In this document: positions 54,062 to 64,000 of the stretch, one piece after another | Layout: each line of letters starts with the position of its first letter | Position numbering within the stretch: position 1 is the stretch's first letter | DNA from: Octopus vulgaris | Lineage: Eukaryota | Assembly: GCA_951406725.2 (NCBI GenBank) | Contig: OX597823.1 | Location: 100,812,001-100,876,000, forward strand | Direction of reading: 5' to 3' | DNA length: 64,000 bases | Position numbers and translations under genes: made by a program | The notes under the pieces: generated by a model | The model's database searches: none | What the model saw: the letters and a program-made list of their open reading frames with translations, nothing else | What the model was told of the DNA's origin: nothing

Positions 54062-54995
54062 TGTTACGAACCTGCCGTCGCTCAACTCGAACTCGAGACC
54101 CCAAGTCGAGCGACGACGACGACCACGCTCAGTCAAACGGAAATCCACCACAGAAAGCGGCAATTGACAGCCAGAACGCAAGCCAGAAACCAGAGACAAC
54201 AACAACAGGAAGAGAGAGACAGTGGAAGGCAGTTGCTTACATTTACAACAGTTTATACAATTGTTACAACATCAATCAAAACGTAATACATTGCAGATAC
54301 ATTAAAGAAAAACATTTAATAAATCGTACAAAGTTAAAAAGAAAAACAATAATCAATGCATGCACAATACACGACGTCCGAAAATAATCCAATTTAAATG
54401 TTCAACGCAATACAGAGTTCGAAAACAGTCCAAATTAAAGTCTTTCTCTTCTCTTCAACAATTCTTTGTACATTTCAATAGATTACAGTTTATGTCACAA
54501 TGTTCTTTTCCCTTCTCTTTTTACAGTTCTTTTTGACACAATGTTCTTTTTCCTTTTTTTTTAACACAGTTCACAAGTTCTTTTCTCTTTTCGTTTAACG
54601 CACATCACCATCCAAAATTCAACAACAAAAACATAAACATTACCGCACGTTCCGAGTCTACAACAATTTCAGCTCCTACTACAACAATCTAGCCTTCTCG
54701 CCGTAATCTCCCTCACTTCCTCTCGCTTGACAAGTCCTCAATCCTATCTTCCTGTCCCTCTCGCCTCTTGCCAACTGTCATCTCTGCATCGACTCCTCTC
54801 GCTAACTAACTAACCCCAGCTCGCCACATTTTAAAGGGTGGTAGATTTACTTTTTTTTCTCAACCTTGCTTGACCGGATAAGGGTCAGAGGTACTTTCTA
54901 TCCTCATTAATTTCCCTTACCGGTGACAAGACAAAGCCCCATAACTTGTTTCGCCAGTCCATCTGGCACCAGCCAGCAGAAACTGGGTCATAACA
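54062..54995. mobile_element. Probable solo LTR
   Basis: Ends tgttacga...tcataaca (TG..CA with short inverted repeat), non-coding; TSD not found. Confidence 0.55.
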
Positions 54996-55857
54996 CTTTT
55001 TCTTCAACTGACCTCGTATCAATATGAAAGAAACATGTAATGAATCTACTCACTTTTCTGCAAAGATTTCTTTCAGAGTAATTTCCCGCAGTAATATAAC
55101 TAGTAATTCATGTGAAATTAAAGTGTTCATTTTTTTTTTCTTTGCTTTGAAAGTTTCCAAAAATATGAGTGCAGAAATAATAGCAAGCTCTTTTGCAAAA
55201 AGGAAAAGGAAAAATAGCAAAGAAATACTGTGACAAACGCAAAACATCGTGGAACTGAAAATGGGCAGATTGATTACATATTTCATAATAATACAAGTCC
55301 GAGGAAGTATTTCAGTCAGGTCGCTCATGTGTTCGTACGGCTGCTGGTAAGAATGTGGAATACATAGAGAAGAAGAAGAAGAAAAAGAAGAAGAAATAAT
55401 TGCCGATGGATGTGTGTCGGAAAACTCTATGTAATAATTTAATGCCTCTGTGATGAGAAATTGAAAAAAAAAGGAATTTGTTCTGTGCAATAGATAGAAT
55501 TGAAAAAAAAAAAAATTGTTGATAGATGTATATCGGAGAACTCTATGAAATAATTAATTTCTCGGCGATCTTCTCTGTGATAGGAGGGAGGAAAAAAATA
55601 TGCTGTGTATAGAAAAAAAATCTCAAAGTGGGGCGGTGGAGGACAGCCCCGAGTCAGAGAAGCGGGTTGTTTCACTACAAATAGTTAACAGACATAACGA
55701 GTGGGGCAGTCGATAGCATATTTTTTTCTTCCTGTTCGGTTTAATCATCTTTGATCCCTGTTAGACGTGAGTCGCATTGTTAATTATCTGTTGAAGGTTT
55801 CCCGTAAGGGTGAACCTCATTGTTGAATTGTTGTTGCCGTTTTTTTTTGGGGGGGGG

Positions 55858-56794
55858 GGCATAACTACAGATTCCTTCCCCCACCGACTTTGGATGATCA
55901 TAACTTTCAGAAGAATGGATATTTTTTAATGAAATTTTCTACGAATATGTGTTATATCATGTAGATTCCGAATATACAAAACCTTTGGGGGAAAGTCTTT
56001 TCGGAGGTGGGGAAATTTCGGAAAATTCACCGGCATCCACTTACAAGAAAATAGATATTTTTTAATGAAATTTTCTACAAATTTACCTCGGACTATGTAG
56101 ATTCCGAGAACATAGGAATTTGTGGGGAAAACAATTGGGGGTTACTTTTGAGGACCGTTCCACACTCGGGTGTGTTTCAGTCCATATTTGTTTCTTTTTC
56201 TCCGTTTTATGCGTTTGTGCATCCGTAGATTTCTACTGAAGCAGCCGGCAATGATGCTGTCACAAGAAAACTCGTTATGCTAAAAATACCAGCTAAAGGT
56301 CTAAACGTTTCTAAAAGAAAGACATTGAATAGAATAATTCCCCGTTTGAACTCTTTTAATTACATATAAATGTGTGTGAGGACTAGAAATCTACGGATGC
56401 ACAAACGCACAAAACGGAGAAAATGAAACAAATATGAACGACTTGTTCCGAATCACCCCAGAGTGTGGAACGGTCCTCAAAAGTAACCCCCAATTGTTTT
56501 CCCCTCAAATTCCTATGTTCTCGGAATCTACATAGTCCGAGGTATATTTGTAGAAAATTTCATTAAAAAATATCTATTTTCTTGGAAGTTAAGACGAATT
56601 GAAGTGGACACCAGTGAATTTTCCGAATTTCCCCACCCACTCCTAAAATATTTTCCCCCCAAAAGTTTTGTATATTCAGAATCTACATGTTATAACACAT
56701 ATTCGTAGAAAATTTCATTAAAAGATATCCATTTTCCTGAAAGTTATGATCATCCAAAGTCGGGGGGGGGGGGGCAGGAATCTGTAGTTATGCC
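55858..56794. mobile_element. Fold-back element (~380-400-bp arms) inserted in the 3' LTR
   Basis: ggcataactacagattcc...ggaatctgtagttatgcc; arms ~55858-56238 and ~56384-56794; absent from the 5' LTR. Confidence 0.88.
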
Positions 56795-56866
56795 GTTTTC
56801 TTTGGCTTATAAGTTTATATTTGTTTTCTTCCCCATTCATGAGTGAAGTAGAAGAAAAAAGAAGAA

Positions 56867-57940
56867 TGGAGTGCGAACCAGTTCCAGCTGGCAGCTATGC
56901 TTCAGCCACTGGAAGAAGAAGTTTAACTGCAGACGTATTACAGGTTCGAGAAGTTAAAATGGAGTGAAAGAAGTTCAAGGAGTTCAACAGAATGATCGAG
57001 AAGGAAGGGATCAGTTTGAGGTTGACCTCGCCGGAAAATTTAACAGCTAGCATGACGAAGCAGACAGTGGTATATAGAATGCTGTCCATGTCAACGCAAA
57101 AGATAGAAATAGCCATAGTAGAGGCCATAGAGGAATGCTTGAAGGCAGTAAAAAGCCTCACAACATTCTACACCAGAGGGAGAAGATACAGCCCAATGGA
57201 GGTAAGGTTTGCTAGCGAACAAGAAGCGATAAACCACTCCACTGTGGCGCTAAGGACAGCAGAGTGGGTACTTCTGCCAACTTACTGTGGCAAATGAGTG
57301 ACCAGGGTAAGGATTGGCAGAATACCTCTGGAGATTGAGGAGGCATGGCTGGTAGCAGCCATGTATAATATGGAGGAAGATGCAAAAGTTTTAAAAGTAA
57401 CGAGAACGAAAGAGGTAAATTGGTGGAGATACAGTCTCGAAGTGGCCATCCAAATCAGTTTACAAGACAAGATAGCAGAGGAGGTGATACTGCGGGGGGA
57501 CATGAGATAGAGTGTAGTGGTGGAGGAAAGACCTCTAACTTGTTATCAGTGTGGAGAGAGGGGACACATGACAGCAAGGTGTCCCCAGAAAGACGATACA
57601 GGTGAAGAGGAACAGCGAGAAGTGTTTGGAGAAGGTGGAGGAGAAATATACGGTGGTAAATAGGAAGACGTTGACTCCTCACCGAAGAGCCCATTAAAGA
57701 AAAGTAAACAGGAAGAGACACAGCAAAAGATTGCAACAACATCAAAAAGGGAAGCCAACATGAAAAATCAAGTGGGACTGCAGGAAAAAGTAACCAAAAT
57801 AGAACCGAAAAATAAATGGCATATAGTGACATATGCAAGAAGCACGGAGATTGAAAAGAAAATAATGAAAATGAAGTCGGGAATAAGGGTGAAACTATCA
57901 ACAGAATTATTACCCAGTGAGTACCAAGGCAATTGATATC
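56867..57940 (+). pseudogene. LINE ORF1-like CCHC zinc-knuckle protein inside the 3' LTR
   Basis: GSYASAT..IEECLK..WVLLPTYCGK*VTRVRIGRIPLEIEE..VVVEERPLTCYQCGERGHMTARCP (C-X2-C-X4-H-X4-C at 57541-57582); several stops. Confidence 0.75.
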
Positions 57941-58476
57941 GACAAGGAGAGATGTGAAAGATTGAGAGAATTATTTGGAAAAAAGATAGACCCAATGGGA
58001 GTACGCGTGGGGTTTAATGACTTGCCGCCAGTAATAGACTATGAGGATCTCATTGCCTTACATAAAATGGTAAAAAAAAAGTAAATGGTTGAAACACAGA
58101 TGCAAAAAGAAAAATGATATAAAAATGTTAAACTAAAACATTTAAATGATACTGCTTGCGAGTGGGGAGCATGCAGCCATATCATCTTCATTTATTTATT
58201 GTTCATTCATCATTCATTCGTTTTGTGTCTCTACTGTGGTGTTCTATCTTTCCTTGTGCTGTCCCCTCTGTGTATAAGCCTGAGTGCTTAAATAAAGTAA
58301 ATAGTTGGCGAGGCACACCGTTCGGTCACTCATGCAATCTGGGCCAGTCAGGTTGACGACAAAGTACATCATCATAATACCACACAGAACAGTGTCGAGC
58401 AACACACAACAAACATATAATAGAGAACTGAAATGCAGAAATATAAAATATTTGAATATAAAATACGTAAACTAAG

Positions 58477-60368
58477 TTAGTGAGATGCTTGTGCTTCATG
58501 CCTGCTACAAAGAGATTTTATATTAGGCACCAATTTCGTCTCAAGTCTCCTTGTTTAGTGATATCCAACCGATTTCTTTTCTTCAATAACAAATCATTTA
58601 CAGCACTAAAGCCACATTCAGCTAAATATGAAGATCGGAATGGTAACAACAATTTTCTTGCAAAGTTGGTTGAGTTTGGGTATTTGGTTTCTGTCTCATC
58701 ACAAAGCCATGACATCACTCCTTTTATATTGAATAAAGTTTTCACTGACTCATCATTTTCTATTTCCGAGAGTTCTTCTTGGTACTCTATCGAAACATCA
58801 GATATATCCACTAGCATTGGCTGCATCACCCATGTTGGAAAATCAATTTGTTTTAAATCAGAAAATCTTTCAAATCAGAGGCCAATGTTTACAGATTATC
58901 CACAAAGACAAGTACAGCAGTATCAGTCACCTTACATTTTCTTAGCCAATGAAACTGGTCAAAAATATTTTTTGACATACCTCAATGAATGTAACAAAGC
59001 CAAATATCTTCGTCTTTGCATCAATAAGAGTTTTAAATAACTCACAAATGCTTTACCATCAATGGTTAGCAGATGCTTCATTTCAGGCTTGTCACTTAAA
59101 ATGTCACTAACAACATCAAATAGTTCCATAAGTCTTTTCAAGTAATTCCCCTTTGAGAGCCACCTTACCTCAGTGTGAGATAAAAGTCTCACATAGTCTG
59201 CATTTTCACAAAACTGCCTGAAAAGACGTTCACATTTGGCATTAGCAGCTTTGATAGCATTGATCATCATCATCATCATCATTTAGGGTTGGACGGTTCA
59301 ACTGGGGTCTGTGAAGCTGGAAGGCTTCGTCAGGCCCAGTCAGATCTGGCAGTGTTTCTACGGCTGGATGCCCTTCCTAACGCCAACCACTCCGTGAGTG
59401 TAGTGGGTACTTTTTACGTGCCACCTGCACAGGTGCCAGACAGAGCTGGCAAACGGCCACGAATGGATGGTGCTTTTACGTGTCACCGGCACGGGGCCAG
59501 AACTGATTTTAGTACCTCATTGAGAACAGGAGACATATTTTTGAATACTAAGTTCTCTCTATGATAACAGTGCACAAAAAGCTTTTCTGGGTTCTCATCT
59601 TTCATCAATTTTAAGCAGCCTTTTTTCTTGCCCATCTTAACAAGAGCAGCACCTGCAGCACAAGATGATATGTTCTCTATTGGTATATTGTTGACATCCA
59701 AGTAATTTTTTAGCCTATCATATTCATATCAGTGGCGGTAGTGGTGGATTCTAATGATTCGCAGAATATCATTTCATCAACAAATTCACCATATCAATAT
59801 ATCTTGCATAGGTTAGCAATACAACCTCGCTGTCTCTTGATTCATCTATTTGTAATGAGAATTTTTTTGATTTCAGCTTTTCAACAAGTTGTGTTTCAAT
59901 ATTTTCCCTCATTTCATCTATTCTTTTACTAACAATATTGTTACTGAGTGGCATGACTTGAATAACTTTGTCATCTTTTTCCAGGACTGTTTTAAAAAAA
60001 TGCTGATATTGATGGTTTAATTAAATCCTCTCCAATAGTATGATTGTTTTCACATTTAGCAATGAGTAATGAAATTTTATAACTAGCCTCAAGAGTACGA
60101 CGGGCGTTAACAGATTGTGTAATAAACAGAGACATTATTGTTGTTCTTTTTGCAAACTTCTCCTTCAAAGACTTAAAGTAATTCAAATCTGAGCTTACAT
60201 ACGCACTGTTTCGTTTTCAAATGCAACTCAAGACGATTTGATTTCATTGATTTGATGGTCAAGCATTATTGGCATAAGAGGCAGAAAGGTGACCATTTAT
60301 TGTGGATAGTGGGTATAAATCCAAATTTTGAAATATTGACAAACTTTTTTTTTACTTGCACTACTCAT
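58477..60368 (-). pseudogene. hAT transposase (ZBED5/Buster/Charlie-like), disrupted
   Basis: BED finger (FCLLCQ..HLKTK), HTIGEDLIKP, PLSNNIVSKRI, FSLQIDES, LFVHC..HRENL, HTEVRWLSKG, SSYLAECGFS, C-terminal AQASH*. Confidence 0.9.
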
Positions 60369-60547
60369 TTTATATATTTCTTCAAAAGGATTGCAGTATA
60401 AACTTTTGGAAAATATGCTCAAAAAGAAACAAAAAATATTTCGTGAAACTTCTCAGCTGCACAAGCCTTTCTATCAATGATGTGAAATTTTCTTACCTTT
60501 TTGCTGAATTCATAAACTCAAAATGACTTGTTAATTTTCATCTCTTT

Positions 60548-60589
<42 letters not shown>

Positions 60590-62104
60590 AAAGAGATGAA
60601 AATACACACACACATCTGTGTGTGTATTACCAGTACCATAAATCTCTATCTATCTGTGTTTCTCTCTCTGTGCCTTTTTCTCTTCTTTCACTGACTCCTT
60701 ACCTTTGCTCCATTTCAACTCATTTTCACATTCCATTTTTCTTGTGTACCAAGATTTTTATCACCAGAGACAAAAGAATCACTGCCCACACACATATTTC
60801 TCCATAGGGAATTAAGATGGCATTGCTTTCAGTATTGACCAACTGATCAGCATGGACGAACACACCCACTCTCTCTCTCTCTCTCCCTCTCAGAGACACA
60901 TATGCTTTTGTAAATACCTCCACTATATTGAAGGAAATAATCTATTCCCTCTTTAGTGGACACTTTAGAGACAAACAGATCTTCAAATTTAGAGACATCA
61001 GATCTTTGAAGATCTGATGGCTCTAAAGTGTTCAAAATTTGATAAAATTGTCCACAAAAGAACTTTTTTTTTAATGACTCATTCTCAAATGCCCCACATT
61101 GGCTCTAGAAATATGCTGTGCTTGAGAAGTCCCAGCAAACCAAGTGAGATTGTGGCTGTGGCCAATGCCAGTGTCACATAACTAACCCATTTCAAAGCAC
61201 ATTCCAGTCGTCATGCTGTGCTTATGAACAATGACATGGCTGTGTGGTTATGCAGCTAACTTTGCAACCATGTGTTCAAGCCTGCTGCACACCACCTTGG
61301 GCAAGTGCTTTCTGCTACAGCCCCAAGCTGACCAATGTCTAGTGACCGAATTTCATAGAAAGAAACTCTGTGAAAGCCTGCTGCATATGTGTGTCTTTCT
61401 GCCTGTGTTTGTCCCCCACCATTACACTGTTTGTTCATTGACATCTCCAGAACAGGTTCAGGAAACGTGACCAACCAAACAGATACCACACTTAAAACAA
61501 GCATCAATCTGTTAGACTGAAGCTCTCTTTAAGGTGGGAGCCCAGCATGGCCACTGTCCAACGACTGAAAAAGAAAATTGAAAAAGCAAAAAACAATCTG
61601 ATAAATTCTTAAAATTTATTTTCTGATAAACTTTTTTTTGTTTCTTTGTTTTATATTAACATATGCAGTGCATTATTCAGTTTCAATCCTCTGACAAGTC
61701 CATTCACAGAATTTAATTTATTAAATAATAGGCATGCGTGATATACAGTTCATTATTGGCACTTAGGTAACAGAAAAATCCATTCCGTAGAACAGAAAAC
61801 TCAAAATATCAGATCAACTTTTTTACACTTTTACTTGTTTTAATATTATTATTATCAATATTATTATTATATTACACAATTTTTTTTGTGTATTTTTTTT
61901 TCAACTTTTAATTTTTACATTTGTATAAAAATATCTAGCTCTCTTTGTCTTCAGTACATAATAATAAATAAGATGAAGAGAGTCAGGAAAATTTATCTCA
62001 AAGATAATTAACACTTATATCTGTGTTACTTCAAGAAATTTTCTTGAATACAGTTCACACACACCACACACACACAAAGGTGTGTATATATATATGTATG
62101 TATA

Positions 62105-62138
<34 letters not shown>

Positions 62139-62139
62139 C

Positions 62140-62192
<53 letters not shown>

Positions 62193-62297
62193 TATACATA
62201 TATATATACATATATATATACATATATATATACATATATATACATATATATATATACATATATATACATATATATATATATATATACATATATATAC

Positions 62298-62406
<109 letters not shown>

Positions 62407-62445
62407 CATATATATATATACATATATATATACATATATATATAC

Positions 62446-62535
<90 letters not shown>

Positions 62536-62553
62536 ACATATATATATATATAC

Positions 62554-62677
<124 letters not shown>

Positions 62678-62680
62678 GTA

Positions 62681-62765
<85 letters not shown>

Positions 62766-63352
62766 TCATCATCATTTAGCGTCCGCTTTCCATGCTAGCA
62801 TGGTTGGACATATATATATATATATATGTGTATATAAATATATATATGTATATATATGTGTGTATATATATACATATATATGTGTGTGTGTCTAATTCAA
62901 ATCTTTGTTTTATTATAAAATGTTTCTTCTTGTTTCATTGTGACAATTAAAGAAGAATATTAGAAACCAATTTTGTATGTTTTTTCTTTGTTTTGTGTCT
63001 TAAATAAACATCAAATAGATTTATTTACAATGCAAAATAATAATACTAGATTAAAATCTTACAAAAATATGTAGAAAGAAATTATGGTGACTATATATGT
63101 GTGTATTGCAAAGTTGCTGGTGTGTCTGCTAATAAAACACATTTAAACATTATGTAATTTATGTTATAATTTAAAAAAATTAGGAACTGATTCTTCAGTT
63201 TTATTCTGATCCTGTGTATGTTTGTGCTTGTGCGTGTATTTGTATATGCATATATATATCATCATCTTTCAACATCCATTTTGCATGCTGACATGGATTG
63301 GACGTACATATAAATGCATGTATAATTAAATATACACACATACACACACACA

Positions 63353-63388
<36 letters not shown>

Positions 63389-63908
63389 CACACATACAAA
63401 CATATAAATATGCACACACCTACACAAAAAGTTTGTGTGCAGCAGTGTATATGCACACTACAGAAGCTAACAGTGCATAAATAAATAATAAATAAATAAA
63501 TCTTTTTTTCAAACATAGGGAAAAAAATCTAAAATCACAATCTTGGGTATTAAACAGAAATTAGTAAATTATCCCCCAAGAACAAGAAAATATTAGTGCA
63601 AGAGTCAGACCCAGATTACTGTCCAGAATATAGAGACTGGTAGTAATCAGAAAGATGTGGACCAGAAATGGAATGGAATGGCTTCTGATAGAATTTTAGT
63701 TTTAGGTTAGATAACTGTATTCAGCAAAACCCACCACTAACTTTTCCACCTCAAATCTGTCAGTCTTCATATGTGTTGGGGTAACTAATCATAATCTAGC
63801 TTTAGCTGGCCCCTGACCTCCACTCAGCATTAAACATCAGCATCAGATTTCTCTGTCTCTTTCAGGTAAAAAAAAAAGATATCATTTTGAAACATCTGCA
63901 AACATTAC

Positions 63909-63964
<56 letters not shown>

Positions 63965-64000
63965 ACGCGCGCGCACACATATACAGCATATCCTGCATGT

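Larger units (their letters stand above)
44264..58411 (+). mobile_element. Non-autonomous LTR retroelement with ~1.8-kb LTRs (44264-46084 and 55635-58411)
   Basis: TG...AACA ends, 5-bp TSD AACAT (44259-44263 and 58412-58416), PBS-like TGGCGACAAG at 46086, purine-rich aaagtggggc before the 3' LTR; no pol of its own seen. Confidence 0.8.
44025..61102 (-). mobile_element. hAT (Charlie/Buster-type) transposon inserted in an RTE fragment and split by the LTR element
   Basis: Left TIR cagtggttcccaacc; imperfect 8-bp TSD ctctagtg/ctctagaa; the RTE sequence rejoins across it (gaccaagacctctag|aaatatgctgtgcttgagaag). Right TIR is eroded. Confidence 0.75.

Overview
Eukaryotic, AT-rich, almost entirely repeat-derived DNA. 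The SINE, RTE and microsatellite content points to an octopus (coleoid cephalopod) genome; this is inference. No host gene can be called with confidence, and most long ORFs in the track are (TA)n/(TG)n artefacts. The window holds decayed LINEs of several clades (Penelope, CR1/L2-group, RTE, R4/Dong, HERO-like, Tx1/L1), tRNA-derived SINEs, non-autonomous Helitrons, a complete mariner, Tc1/pogo/hAT remnants and nested GG-terminal MITEs. Three things stand out. (1) About a dozen type-I hammerhead-ribozyme motifs from several unrelated sequence families, many in head-to-head palindromes. One family is a tRNA-promoter-headed SINE-like element ending in a hammerhead, and one copy of it is an inverted dimer with a 15-bp TSD. 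(2) A 14-kb non-autonomous LTR element (44264-58411; TSD AACAT, PBS, PPT) whose ~1.8-kb LTRs each contain a LINE ORF1-like CCHC zinc-knuckle gene. (3) A multi-level nested insertion stack: RTE > hAT > LTR element > pogo > CR1. All calls were made by eye, so ends are approximate unless a TSD or TIR is quoted.
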